This document shows, piece by piece, positions 13,241 to 26,628 of a DNA stretch of 64,000 nucleotides. The translations under genes were made by a program, and so were the position numbers. The number at the start of each line of letters is the position of its first letter. Position 1 is the first letter of the stretch. Source of the DNA: Octopus vulgaris. Its lineage: Eukaryota. The stretch covers positions 44,268,001 to 44,332,000 of the forward strand of contig OX597830.1 in the NCBI GenBank assembly GCA_951406725.2. The letters run 5' to 3'. A model generated the notes under the pieces. That model had not been told where the DNA came from and did not search any database. It saw only the letters and a program-made list of their open reading frames with translations.

Positions 13241-14670
13241 ATACATTTGGTCTTACTGCATTCATATATAGATTATAAACAATAAATACAAGTTATGCAC
13301 AATAATCACAAAATAAAAACATCACAGAATCAAAAATAAAATTTAAAATAAAGAAATAAAGAAATATAACTAAAGAAAACAAGGCAAAAGATTGTTTGGA
13401 GATTTCTATTTAGGTAAAAATAGAGAAAAGGGAAAATCTCTTGGTGAGTGAAGTCCAAGAATGAATTTTAATACCTTGTGGCAGCCAATTCACTAACCTT
13501 ATGCTGTGACCTGTGACCTTATGCCCCCTGTGACCTGTGACCTTATGCCTCCCCCCCCCCAACCGAATAGCCATGAGAAGCATAGTCTCGGAACCATGTC
13601 TTCTCTAATATACATTGATATATAGTAAGAAATGATCACCTTATGGAAACATGCGCAAAACCCATAGCGATTGCATGCATAAACAAACACATATGTATAT
13701 ATGTATGTATGTGTATATGCTTGTATGTATGTATAAACACACACAATCACACATGCGCACACACACACTCACGTGTGTTCATATATGCATGTGTTTATAT
13801 ATCATCATCATCATCGTTTAATGTCCACTTTCCATGCTGGCATGGGTGGGACAGTTTGACAAGAGTTGGCCAGGCAGAAGCCTGTACTAGACTTCTGCGA
13901 GTGTTTTGGCAGGATTTTTACAGCTGGATACCCTTCCTAACATCAACCACTCAGCAGAGTGGACCTAGTGCTTTTTACATGGTACAAGTACAGGCGAGGT
14001 CAGTTTTGGCAAGGTTTTCACAGCTGGATGCTCTTCCAGATGTCAACTACTTTACAGTGTGGACTGGATGCTTTTTAAGTGGCACCTGCACTGACAGGGT
14101 CACCACGTACTTTGTAAGACAAAAAAAATATTCTTTTGAGTGGGAGGGGGCGTTGGAGGAGGTGGTCTTATGTCAGATGATGAAAGGTCATAGTGAGAGA
14201 GAAACAGGTGTCTTGCTATGGAGGAGGAACAAGCTTACCCAGTCAGTGGGGTAGGGAGAAAGAGAGAAAGAGAGAGAGATGATGGCAAGTGCCACAATAT
14301 TGCCAAAGAAACGTGTTAAGAGAGAGGGGAAGTGGGAAGCGAGTGGTGAAAACCTGGGTATATATAGTGCAGTGGTGGGGGGTAGGATATTGGATAGCAA
14401 TTATACAGAGGAACAGGGCCCTGTGAGGACAGGATTGGGGAGTGAGAGGTAAGCATAGTGCATAAAGGAAAAGATGTGAGGAGGAGATGTTGATTGGTTT
14501 GTTGGGGGAGGGTGTGCAAAAGTTTTCTTGTTAGGTGTGGGTGGAACACACAGGTCAGTGGGGGGAGCAGTGCTAGTGGATACCAATGATACAGTGAGAC
14601 AGAGCCAAGAGGACAGGATTGGGGAGTGGGAAATAAGCATAGGCATGAATTGTGTGTGTGTGTATGTATG

Positions 14671-14731
<61 letters not shown>

Positions 14732-15064
14732 CTCAACTGTGTAAACAAATCAGCTCTTTTATACAGTTTGGTATAATTCACAACAAAATAGAAACTTGTC
14801 ATAAGCTAATATACTTTCTAAGACCCTTAAGATACCAAAAACGAATTTTTTTTTAAAGGCAGTAGTGTTCAATATATATATATTCCTCCAAAACTTCACC
14901 ACATACATACACACACACACATATAGATTCAAAATAACAAAGAACATTATCTTTCCAATTCAACCCCAGTTTTTTACAACTGGCTGTATATAAAAGGCAT
15001 AAAGTTTGTATTAAAATATCATTCCTGTTGAATTGCTGAAATGAGATAAAAATATTAAATAACT

Positions 15065-15715
15065 CATCATCATCATTATCCTTTAACGTCTAGTTTCAGT
15101 GCTGACATGGATTGGGTGGTTTTACTAGAACTGGAAAACTGGAGAGCTGCAACAAGTTCCAGTCTGGTTTGGCCTTTCCTAATGCCTTACCACTTTGTGT
15201 GCTGGGTGTTTTTAATGTCACACTGCATGAGCACACCAACATCACACTAGCACAAATGCTTCTTATATAGCACCAACACACAACTCTTCCCCAGGGGAGC
15301 AGACTTAACACATCTGCTGTGGAAGATGGGTCTTCTTGAGTACAGCAAGGCACCAGATACCTCAGTCCTTCATCATCTCGTCTGAAAGGTTCAGTGTCCT
15401 GAGATTGACTTTCAGTACTTTGTCCCATACCTCCCTGGGTCTCCCTCTTCCACATGTTCCATCCACTTTGAGAGAGACACTTCTTTATGGAGTTGTTGGC
15501 ATCTATTCACATAATATGATGAAACCAGTCCAGTCTTCTCTCTTGCACACTGCATCTAATTCCTCTTATGCATAACTTCTCTCTCAATACACTAGCACTC
15601 TGGCCAACATGTACACTTACATTACACATCCAGCAGAACATACTAGCCTGGCTCCTCTCATTCCTTCACATGTCCTCTGTATTCAGGGCCTATGTCTCAC
15701 TTCCAAGTAGAATAA
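15065..15715 (-). mobile_element. Degenerate RTE 3' fragment; similar short RTE-tail copies near 13800, 17240, 21100, 22520, 25700-25940, 38800, 46150-46440, 56165-56625 and 61950
   Basis: Shared terminus catcatcatttaacgtc...ccatgctggcatgggttgg...ggatgcccttcctaa. Confidence 0.8.
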
Positions 15716-17944
15716 TTATATGAAATTCTGACTACTTCCTTTTTCTTAATATACATACATATATTGAACTCTGCACAATTTTTCCCTCCCTGTTTTTTTC
15801 ATTCTCTCTCCATTTTTCTCCTTTCTGTCAAAGAGCATAGGCTCAAAATGTAAAATGCTTTTCCATTTTCCCCAAGCATTAAACTAATAAACTAGCTTGT
15901 TCTTACTACACATGTCTTTGTCTTTTGTTTTCTGTAAATTTGAACTATATATACGTATATATATCATCATCATCTCTACATTTCCAAAAAAGCTTATATT
16001 AACTCTGTTTCCTTCTATTGAAACTCGCTCATATCGTCTCTGATGATGGTATATCTTTTATATCCCTGAAACAGATGTAAGACTACCTTTCTCTTGATAA
16101 ATGTCATAGAAATTTCACACTGCCTTGGCTTTGTCGTCTCATTTATTTAACACACGCACACGCCCACACACATACACATATATGTAGCAGGATATATAAA
16201 TGTGAAATACAGCAGTATTTGGAAAGACAATGACAATGTTTACATGACATGTTTGTACTGTATACCATATCAATTTGTATGCTGGAAAATACAGTACTTA
16301 TCGCAAAATATTAAATGGGTCATTGAAAGATGGATAAAGCGAGATGTTTAATGGATAATTAATGAATAGATACAGCAGGATATTTAATGGAGCAACACAT
16401 CACATTACAAAAATCAATAAAAAATATCAAATTATCATATCGTTGAATAGAGCAAATAACTTCAATTGATTTATTTGGTTGAAGAAGCATGAGAAAAATA
16501 GTGGAAAAGACTATTTGGTTTCTTTGGTTAAAGGGTGTTTGTTATTTTGATCCAATCAATGAGTTAGTTGATGTTGTGGGACGTGATAGACAAGGAGACA
16601 ATACATTAATTAATTGATAGAGAACTAGACAGTACATTAATTAGCTTTAGTAATGCTGTGCTTTATTCATCATCAACAGTTTTTCATCCTTGATGTCCAG
16701 CCATTATTACATGCATTTTCCTGTTTGAACTGATGTAAAAAAAGCAAAAACAAAACAAAAAACAACAACATATCCTTTAAACAAGATAAAAAAAAAAATA
16801 ATGATCCATAATACGTAAGGAGTTATTAAGACTGATAAGGCTGTAACTTTACTTTCTGAAGTAGTGAGGAGTATTTAGACCAGTTGTGTGGATGTGTGTG
16901 TGTGTGTGCATGTGTGTGTGCATGTGTAAGAGTGTGTGTGTGTGAGAGAGAGTGTGTGTGTGAGAGTGTGTGTGAGTGTGTGTGTGCGCATGTGTGAGAG
17001 TGTGTGTGTGTATGTGTGAGAGTGTGTGTGTATGTGTATGCATGCATGTATGAGTGTGTGTATGTGGATGTGTGTGCATGTGTGTGTGCGCATACCTCAA
17101 TAATAGAATGAACTTATTATATACAGTGCTCAAGTGCACTAAAACTCATTATCATCATCATCGTCATCATTGTCACCATCATCATCAGACTTATCATCAT
17201 CATCATTGTCGTTGTTGTCATCACCATCATCCTTGTTGTCATCTTCGTTTTAACATCCGCTCTCCCTTGCTTGCATTGGTCAGATAGGATTTGCAGTGGG
17301 CAGACTTTTCTACGGCCTGCTGCCTTTCCCATCACCAACCCTTATTTGTTCCCAAGTTTTCACAGAAGATTGGGAAAGGAAGGATACCACTTACCAGATG
17401 GTGACACACTCTCGTACAACTGTCAAATGAAGGCAAGATGAGCAGACTAGCACAGCCACACACACACATGTATATATATATATATATATATATACATTGC
17501 TTTGGCTTTGAAGAAGTGTTTAGAACATCAATTGGTTACAGAGCGGAGGCATGAAGTAGCTATTGTTTATCTGTTTTTTGCAGCAATGTTTGTGCTATAA
17601 TATTCATAAAATATCCGCCTCCTCCTCTTCGTCATCATCATCATCCCCGTTGTTGTTGTCATTCAATGTTTATTTTAAGAGATGAGATACATTATTCAAT
17701 TGAAAATCTAGGATTTGTTTAATTAGCTTTCTATGAGAGGACACACACACACACAACACAACACATGCACAACACACACACACACACACCACACACACAA
17801 CATACACAACAACACAAAACACACACACACACAATACACACATATGTATGTTTATTAATTAAATGTTAACTAAAATTAAAATTCATTAAGTGCCATTTCC
17901 TCCAACAAAATATAATCATGCCATCAATATTTGAATGATCAATC

Positions 17945-18770
17945 ACCATCATCATCATCATTTAACATATGCTTTCTATGCTGACATGGGTTGGACTGTT
18001 TAACAGGAGCTGGTAAGCCAGAAGACTGCACCAAACTTCACTGTCTGTTTTGGCATGGCTCTTATGGCTGGACACCCTTCCTAACACCAACCACCCAGTA
18101 GAGTGGACTGAGTGCTTTTTCATGTGGCACCAGCACTAGTAGGGTCACCATGTAACTTGCAAGACAAAGATCTCTTCATATGCATCACTTGTCCAAACCA
18201 ACGTAGTCTTCTCTCTTGCATGTTGCTTCTGATTTCTCTTATGTCCAACTTTTTTCTCTTAACACATTTGCACTTTGTTGTATATGCACACTGATGTTGC
18301 ACATCCAACAGAGAATACTCCCTTCATTTCTCTCTAGTCAATGCATGTCTTCTGCATTCAGAGCCCATGTCTCTCTACAATGGAGTATAGCCATTCATAC
18401 ACAAGCATCATATTGGGTTGGTGCATAATTATTGTGGCTTTTTTTCAACAAATTTTATTCAACAAAAACAATAACAATATTTAACAAAAACATCTTTAAA
18501 TGATGGTCTGACCGTCTGCCAAGCAAATGGGAAGCAATAATTGAAGTAGATGGTCAATATGTTCCGGAATAATCATTTAAAGATGTTTTAGTTACATGTT
18601 GTTATTGTTTTTGTTGAATAAAATTTGTTGAAAAAAAGCTGCAATAATTATTGCACCAATCCAATACAATCTACCTTTATTCTGAGAGAGAGACCTTTTA
18701 CTGCCAACAGAGGTAGTAGTTCCCTGAATATCCTCCATCCTATTCTTATTCTGGAAACAATACTTTGGTG
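17945..18770 (-). mobile_element. Degenerate RTE 3' fragment interrupted by a mariner MITE
   Basis: RRLRWFGQV and RIGWRIFRELLPLL remnants lie on either side of the MITE. Confidence 0.8.
18413..18664. mobile_element. Palindromic Tc1/mariner MITE (~90-bp arms, TA TSD)
   Basis: TA|TTGGGTTGGTGCATAATTATT...AATAATTATTGCACCAATCCAA|TA; the centre is a transposase C-terminal remnant (RLPSKWEAIIEVDGQYVPE*). Confidence 0.9.
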
Positions 18771-18879
18771 ATAACAAATATCAGAGGAGATAGTAATGGC
18801 ACTGATCTCTGTTACATAAATGGCAATGATTAACATAAATTAGAATTTGTATATATATACAAAAAAAGTCATGACTTAC

Positions 18880-18905
18880 GGTTCTTTAGTTCTTTTATAA
18901 TAGAC
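18880..18905 (-). CDS. TRPM: TRPM 26-nt microexon: VYYKRTKE(P)
   Basis: Very strong signals (tttttgtttttcatgttttcag| and |gtaagt). Supplies the phase 0 to 2 step needed between 24039 and 4990. Confidence 0.75.
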
Positions 18906-20804
18906 CTGAAAACATGAAAAACAAAAAGGGGCATAAGGTGAGATTAACAAGCCATTTATTTGATAGTTTATAATATTTAAATACATTATTCTCAATTCAC
19001 AAGGTCACTATACAATCCTATCAACAACAGATCATCATTATTCTCTATTTTTCTATAACTAACTAATAATGCTTTCACATTCATACATACACATATGCAC
19101 ACATACACATACACATGCATAGACACACAATCACACATACACATCCACCTTCGTTTATTTGTTTCAGTCATTTGACTGTGGCCATGCTGGAGACCACCTC
19201 AAGTCGAACAAATCGACCCCAGGACTTATTCTTTGTAAGCTTAGTACTTATTCTATTAATTTCTTTTGCCGAACTGCTAAGTTACAGGGACGTAAACACA
19301 CCAACATCAGTTGCCAAGTGATTGTGGCTGGACAAACACACACACACACATGACGGGCTTCTTTCAGTTTCCGACTACAAAAGACACTTGCTCAAGATGC
19401 CATGCAATGGGACTGAACCCTGAACCATGTGGTTGGGAACTTTTTCTGCAAAATCCTCCTTAATTTTGGAAGTGGGGAAGCAAAAGGGTAAGTCAGTTAC
19501 ACTGACCCCAGTGTTCAACTGGTATGTATTTTACTTTGATTCCCAGACCGAGCTTTGTGTTTATTGAGCAAAAATGCCTAAAGCTCCAAGAGGATCTGGC
19601 AGCAGGTGGTGACAAACCCTGCTGTATTCTTTTACCTCAACTTTCTCGCACTCTTTCTTTCTGTTTCTGATGTACCTCTGTTTCAAAGAGGCAGCCTTGT
19701 CATACTCTGTGTCACGCTGAATCTCTCTGAGAACTACGTTAAGGGTACACGTGTCTGTGAAGTGCTCAGCCACTTACATGTTAATTTCACGAGCAGGCTG
19801 TTCTGTTGATCAAATCAACTGGAACCCTCATCATCATAACCAACTGAGGGCCATGATACTAATGTGGCAGTGGGTGAAATGCTTACCAGTATCTTGCTCA
19901 TTCGCAAGGTTCTGAGTTCAAATGTTGCCAAGGCTGACTTTGCCTTTCATCCTTTTGGAGTCAATAAATTAAGTACCAGTAATGCATGGGGATCGATGTA
20001 ATCAACAAGCACCCTCTCCCAAAATTTCAGGCCTTGTGCCTATAGTAGAAAAGATTATAGTGTCATACACTCTGATCATATGCTTGGTGCTACATACTTA
20101 CTAGAAAAACTGGAGTGGTACTATACTGTACCACATAGGTTGTAAAATTTTTAACTGGTACAAATATGGTCTGAAAGGGTTAAGGAGGTTCATAACAATG
20201 ATTTCAAATTTTGGCTCAAGGCCAGCAATTTTTTTGTGGGGAAAGGTAAGCTGATTACATCAACCCTGTCGTTCAATTGATATTTATTTTATCGACGACC
20301 TGGAAAGTCAACCTTGGCAGAAATTGAACTCAGAACGTGACAACAAATGAAATGCCGCCAAGCTGTTTCTCCAGCATGCTAACAATGCTAAACTATTTGT
20401 CCGCTGTGCAGACAATACTGCCAGCTCACTGCCTGATAATAATAGTGGCTGTAAACGAATGCACTGAATCAACCAACCAACCAACCAGCCAACCAACTAC
20501 TAACTTAACCTGTTAGCCAACTTAGCCATCCATCCAGCCATCCAGCCAGTCAATCAACAAGCCATCCAGCCAGCCACTTAATCTCTCAGCTTATATGTTT
20601 TATCTTTTGATAGTTATTAGATTGTGGCCATGTTGGAACACTGCCCTACCGTGAAAAATTTTTAGCTGAATAAATTGACCCCAGCGCTTTTAATTTTTTT
20701 AAAGCCTAATTATTATTCTATCGTTGTCTTTTTGCAGAACCACAAAGTTAGGAGGATGTAAAGACCCAACCTCAGTTGTCAAGTAGTGGTGGGATGAAAT
20801 ATGT

Positions 20805-20858
<54 letters not shown>

Positions 20859-22117
20859 CACGTAGATATCTATCTATATAGATATAAAAAGTCTGAAAAT
20901 AAACCGAAAATAATACCACAAAAATAACTTCCTCTTTAAGAACACGTGTGTTTGACAGTGCTCGCACACTAGAAAATAATCTTCTTCCCCACAAAAAGGT
21001 TAGTAACATCCTCATAAAAGATTTCATAATATTTTTAAAATGATATTTAAAAAAACTGTATTAAGTAATTCTCATAGACTTTGCAAATATATATCACAAT
21101 CATCATCATTGTCATCATCATTTAACATCTGTTGTTCATGGGTTGGATGGTTTGACCAGAGCTGGTAAGCTGGAAGGCTGCACCAGATTCCAGCCTGATT
21201 TGGCATGGCTTCTACTGCTGGATGCCCTTCCTAATGCCAACCACTCCGAGAGTGTAATAGGTGCTTTCACATGCCACTGGCACAAGGTGCCAGTTGCACG
21301 ACACCGGCAGCTGTCACGACTGCAATCTTACATACACATTCACACAACAGGCTTACGTTCTGAGTTTAATTTCCGCCAAGGTCGACTTTGATCCTTTTGG
21401 GGTCAACACATTAAGTACCAGTTGTGTACTATGGTCGATCTAATCGACTGGTCTCCTACCCCAAAATTTCAGACCTTGTGCCTAGAGTAGAAAAGAATAT
21501 TAGATGTAAGGCAATGAGCTGGCAGAATTGTTACTGTACCGGACAAAATACTTAAAGGCATTTCTTCTGACTTTATGTTCTATGTTCAAATGCTGCTGTG
21601 GTCAATTTTGGGGGCAATAAAATAAGTAACAGTTGGGCATTGGGGTCAATGGAATTGACTTACCCTCATCTCTCAAAAATTGCTGGCCTTGTGTAAAAAT
21701 TTGGAATCATTATTAAGAGCCTTTTCAAATCAGGTTCATCAATTTGCATGTCTGTGTAATTAAGAAGGATTTTGTAGGAAAGCTGTCATGTATGTGTGTG
21801 TGTTATTGTGCGTGCACATGCATCTGTGTATGTGAGTGTGTGTGTGGATGTTGACTGCTGCTCCACACTTGGTGGGGGTATCAACATTTTTTGCAAAGTT
21901 TATGATTGGTCACTCTGTCCTTTCATTGAGTGAGTGGAATAAAAAAGATCTCCCTTGTTTGATAACTGAGAAGAGTAAAGGTTGATGACAGGAAAAGCCT
22001 CCGGCTGTAAAATCCTATCACAAATCCAAATTCCCATCCAAATTCATGCTAGTATGGAAAAATGAACATTAAATGCAAATACTGAATAAATGAAATGTTA
22101 ATAATAGTGGTTGGTTA

Positions 22118-22330
22118 AGGCGGCGAGCTGGCAGAAATGTTAGCATGCCGGGCAAAATGCTTAATGGTATATTGCCTATCTTTATGATCTAAGTTTGAAT
22201 TCTGCTGAGGTCGACTTTGCCTTTCACCCTTTCGGGGTCGATAAATTAAGTACCAGTTACGCATTGGGGCCAATCTAATCAACTGGCCCTCTCCCCACAA
22301 ATTTCGAGCCTTGTGCCTAAAGTAGAAAAG
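22118..22330 (+). mobile_element. tRNA-derived SINE family A (representative; about 15 or more copies, e.g. 26890, 27170, 48885, 49140, 61515, and minus-strand 20200, 41090, 47300, 53565)
   Basis: Pol III A-box-like GAGCTGGCAGAA and B box GAGTTCAAATTC/GTTTGAATTC; recurrent ~210-bp consensus. Confidence 0.85.
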
Positions 22331-23930
22331 AATATAGTGGTTGGCATTAGGAAGGGCATCCAGCAGTAGAAACCAAGTCAAATCAGACTGGAATCTGCTG
22401 GTGCAGCTCTCCAGAGGTTGATTTGTTTGACTAAATTTCGTTAAGGTGATGCTCCAGCATGGGTGCAGTCTAATCATCAAAAACAAATAAGAGATAATAA
22501 AAGATAAAGGATTATGTGGGCGTCATCATCATCATAGTTTACCATTAGCCTTCCATGCTAGCATGGGTGGGATGGTTTCACAGGAGCTGGCCAGACAGAC
22601 GCCTGCACCAGGCTTCTGTAATTGTTTTGGCCAGATTTTTACAGCTGGATGCCCTTCCTAACACCAACCATTCAGCAGAGTGGACTTGGTGCTTTTTACA
22701 TGGCACAAGCACAGGCGAGGTCAGTTTTGGTAAGGTTTTTATAGCTGGATGCCCTTCTGAACACCAACTTTACAGTGTGGATGGGATGCTTTTAAGTGGC
22801 ACCTACACTGATAGGGTCACCAAGTACTTGCAAAACAAAAAAACAAAAAGGAGAGGAGGCATTGGAGGAGGTGATCTTGTGTCAGATGATGAAAGGTTAT
22901 AGTGAGACAGAAACAGGTATCTTGCTGTATAGAAAGTACAAGGTTACCCGGCCAGAGATGGGAAGAACAGGAATAAAGACAGAAACAGGTGCACTACTGC
23001 AAAGGAAATACACAGTTACTTAACCCGAGCGAAATGCAGGAGAAGGAGAGAGTGGGAGAGAGCAGGATAGAGATGGATGCAAATTGCTGGACATAATCAC
23101 AAGGAATGGGGATCAGAAAATAAATGGGATGGTTGAGTGTAGGAAGAAAGAGATATAGATGGTGGCAAGTGCCAGGGCTTGCCCTTGAGATTTGAATGCC
23201 ATAATTTAGATGGTAGGATATTGCAAAGGAAGTGTAATTAAAGAGTGTGTCTCCATATTTTCCTATAGTTTTCCTTTCATTGTTGCCATCAACCAAATAA
23301 AATAAAAACAGTGTTTTTTGCTCTTTTAATGATGTAGTATACAGAAGCCATTGCATGTGAGAAGTGTGAACTTGTGATGGTTATGTCATATCTGACTGTA
23401 TAAATATGTAGTGGGAAAGGTGTAGTAAAAGAGGTCGTTGAGACAGCAGATGTAATAGGCATGTGGACAACATCAAAGTAAAACAATGGGAAAGCATTAT
23501 CAACTTGCTCTGAGTTGACAAAGAAGAAAATAAACAGGGGGAATATTGCGTTGATGTGATGAGGTAGAACCAAGCATGTTTTGTGTCTGTGCATGCATTG
23601 GTCATTCAGTGGTGTCTGTTTATGTTCTGCGGCTGCTACAGTGTTGGGTCGTTCATGCTGAATATGTGGTTCTGTGTTGGCTGCTTGACTGGTACAAGTT
23701 ACTTGCTGGCTGTCTCTTGACAGTTCGCCTGCTGATGGCTATCTGCCCCTATTGTATGTCTGACTGTATTTATAATGGTCATGACAGCTAGAAGGATAGA
23801 CATATCACAGGAGCAATTTCTACCTATGTAGATCACCTCCTGTCCACTTGAACCTTAAGTGACATAGGTCATAGGTCAAAGGGAAATCTAACCATCACAC
23901 TTTGACAGGACAAAGGAATTTCTTTTGCAC

Positions 23931-23990
23931 CTGTTTGGCCAGTGGTGGATCAGATGAGTGAGAATCCTTAGATTTAGTTTCGAATCTCCG
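23931..23990 (-). CDS. TRPM: Candidate optional TRPM exon or extension: RRFETKSKDSHSSDPPLAKQ
   Basis: Splice sites cttcctttttcaag|...cag|gtgcaa; 60 nt, phase 0 to 0; only 48 nt from the preceding exon. Not supported by homology. Confidence 0.45.
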
Positions 23991-24038
23991 CTTGAAAAAG
24001 GAAGTGATAGTTTTCACAAATATATAGAGAAATCTTAC

Positions 24039-24137
24039 CATGTTGTCTTTGTTGGTTTCTTCTGATGAGGTACACATGTTATTGTCGTCAAACTTTATCA
24101 GAAATATAAACAATGGACACAATGTACAGAGTATCAA
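24039..24137 (-). CDS. TRPM: TRPM exon (pre-S1 elbow): LILCTLCPLFIFLIKFDDNNMCTSSEETNKDNM
   Basis: Splice sites tttcag|...|gtaaga; 99 nt, phase 0 to 0; hydrophobic pre-S1 helix. Confidence 0.9.
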
Positions 24138-24319
24138 CTGAAAGAAGAATAAAGACAAAAGGAGAGTTTCATAAAGACTCAGGGACATTCTCTGCATGGA
24201 AACAAAATTGAAATGTAAGTGTTAATATAATGTACTGAACTAAAATGTTTTAATTAATTAAAAACAGAAATGTGGGCAATGCAGTAGTGAGTATACAAAG
24301 GGGTGAATATTTATATAAT

Positions 24320-24685
24320 ATGGCTGTCTGGTAAGAAGCTTGCCTCCCAACTACATGGTTCCAGGTTCAGTCCCACTGCGTGGAACTTTGGGCAAGTGTC
24401 TTCTACTATAGCCTCAGGCTGACCAAAGCCTTGTGAGTGGATTTGGTTGACAGAAACTGAAAGAAGCCCGTCGTATATATATATGTGTGTGAGTGTGTGT
24501 GTGTGTGAGTCTGTGTTTGTCCCTCACTACTATCACTTGACAACTGATGATGGTGTGTTTATATCCCCATAACATTAGTGGTTCGGTAAAAGAGACTAAA
24601 AGAATAAGGACTAGGCTTACAAAGAATAAGTCCTGGGGTCAATTTGTTCGACTAAAGGCAATGCTCTAGCATGGCCACAGTCAAT
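24320..24685 (+). mobile_element. tRNA-derived CORE-type SINE family B (representative; copies near 4550, 25975, 38885, 40660, 45110, 49960, 54970, and minus-strand 19160, 42700, 54060, 61360)
   Basis: GGTTCAGTCCC B box, CORE-like ttgggcaagt, internal (TG)n, tail gctccagcatggccacagtc. Confidence 0.85.
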
Positions 24686-26402
24686 TGACATGACACACTG
24701 CCAGGTATGGGACTGTGGTGGTATGATCCTGTAATGTCTATGAATGAAGTTAGATGCATAAAGAAGAGCCGGTCCCTAAATCTGGATGGAACCAATGGAA
24801 GGAGACTCAGGAAGACGTAGGATGAAGTGGTAAAAAATGACCTTTCAATGTTGAACCTTGCTGAGGAGATGATAAAAGACCAAGATGACTAGTGATTTGT
24901 TGTCCTTGAGAAGACTTGTCCATTTAACCCTTTCATTACCAATCTGGCTGAAACTGACTGAGTACAAATGTCTTATTTTCATAAGTTTTGAATTAAAATC
25001 TTCCACCAAACCTTAGTCACAATTTATGTTCCTAACACTAAGGTTGATGATAACGAAGTTATTTTACTAAATTCTTTGTTATATCTAAAGTAACTGAAAG
25101 AAACACAGAGCATCTTGAAATAAATACAGTAACGAAAGAGTTAAGTAAAAATGGGGCCCTAAAGGCATGTCATTTATGTTGCTGTCCCTCTCCTCCATAA
25201 CACATCGTCCTAACACTCCTCCCTCCACTTGTGATCACCACTCACTGCACTCCCCCTCCCCCTTTCTCTTATTCTTCTTTTGTACTTTTATGAACTTTCC
25301 AGCTCACCATTTGTCCCAAACAAGAATCTCTCCTCTGCAACTCATTTTCCTAACACCAACACTCTCCACCCATGACCCTCACTACACTTCTCTCCCCATC
25401 AACTCCCACTCACCTTTCACACTCTCATGAACTTCCCTGCCTACTCACCCTCTCCAGTCCACTCTTCTACTTCACTTACATAAATAACTCCCTGTAACCT
25501 GAGGATGTACCCTGACACATCTTCATTACCATCTTCTCCCTCTCTCTCCCTTCCCCCTCCCCCTGTTTCTGTCTCTCCTCACCTTTTTCAAGCCATTTAT
25601 CTCCTCTACAGCAAGACACCTATTTCTGTCCCCTTATTCATACTCCAACGCCACCTCCCTCAACCAAGGGGTCTTGCAGGACTAGACCCCCACCTCTTCC
25701 TCAGTTGAGGGGTCCAGTCCTGCAAGATACTTGGTGACCTCACTGGTGTTGGTGCCACGTAAAAAGCATCCAGTCCATACTATAAAGTGGTTGGCATATT
25801 AGGAAGGGCATCCAGCCTTAGAAACGATGCCAGAGCAAGCTTTTGAGCTTGGTATAGGCTTCTGGCTCACTGGCTGCTGTCAGACTGTCTGATCCTTGCC
25901 AGTATAGAAGGCAGACATTAAGCAATGATGATGATGATGACGATATTGTAATTAGTATGAAATGAGTAAACTTGGTGTGGCTGTGTGGTGAGAGGCTTAC
26001 TTCCAAGCCATATGGTTTCAGGTTCAGTCCCATTGTGGGATACCTTGGGCAAGTGTCTTCTACTTTAACCTTGAGCCGACGAAAGCACTGTGAGTGAATT
26101 TGGTAGACAGAAACTGAAAGAAGCCTCTCTGTGTGTGTGTGTGTGTGTGTGTTTACTACCATCACTTGAAAAACCAGTGTTGGTGTGTTTACGTCCCTTT
26201 AACTTAGCAGTTCAGCAAAAGTGACTGATAGAAAAAGCACCAGGCTTGAAACAATAAAAAACAAAATTAGTACTAAGCTTTATTCACTCAATTAGAATTT
26301 TCCAAGGAAGTGCCTCAGCATGGCCACAGTCTAATGACTGAAGCAAGTAAAAGGTAAATGATAGAGAATAAATAGAAATAGGAAACAATTGAAATCACTG
26401 AC

Positions 26403-26628
26403 CATCCAGCTGCTGTTATTATCTTTCATTTCTCCCATCCAGATATTGTTCAGTAGAGATTGGCAAGCAGCATGAGAGATAAATTTCTTATTGTCTGCAT
26501 TTACTGCTATAAGCATACATGTGGCGTTGCTCCAGTTTTGCCGTTCTTGCACTAGTAAGTCTAATGCCATTTTTTCATCGGAAGAGTAACATTCAGTCAA
26601 AACTCCAATGGCACGTTCTTCAAAAAGA
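26403..26628 (-). CDS. TRPM: TRPM exon: LFEERAIGVLTECYSSDEKMALDLLVQERQNWSNATCMLIAVNADNKKFISHAACQSLLNNIWMGEMKDNNSSWM
   Basis: Splice sites ttttag|...|gtcagt; 226 nt, phase 2 to 0; classic MHR4/pre-S1 motifs. Confidence 0.95.
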
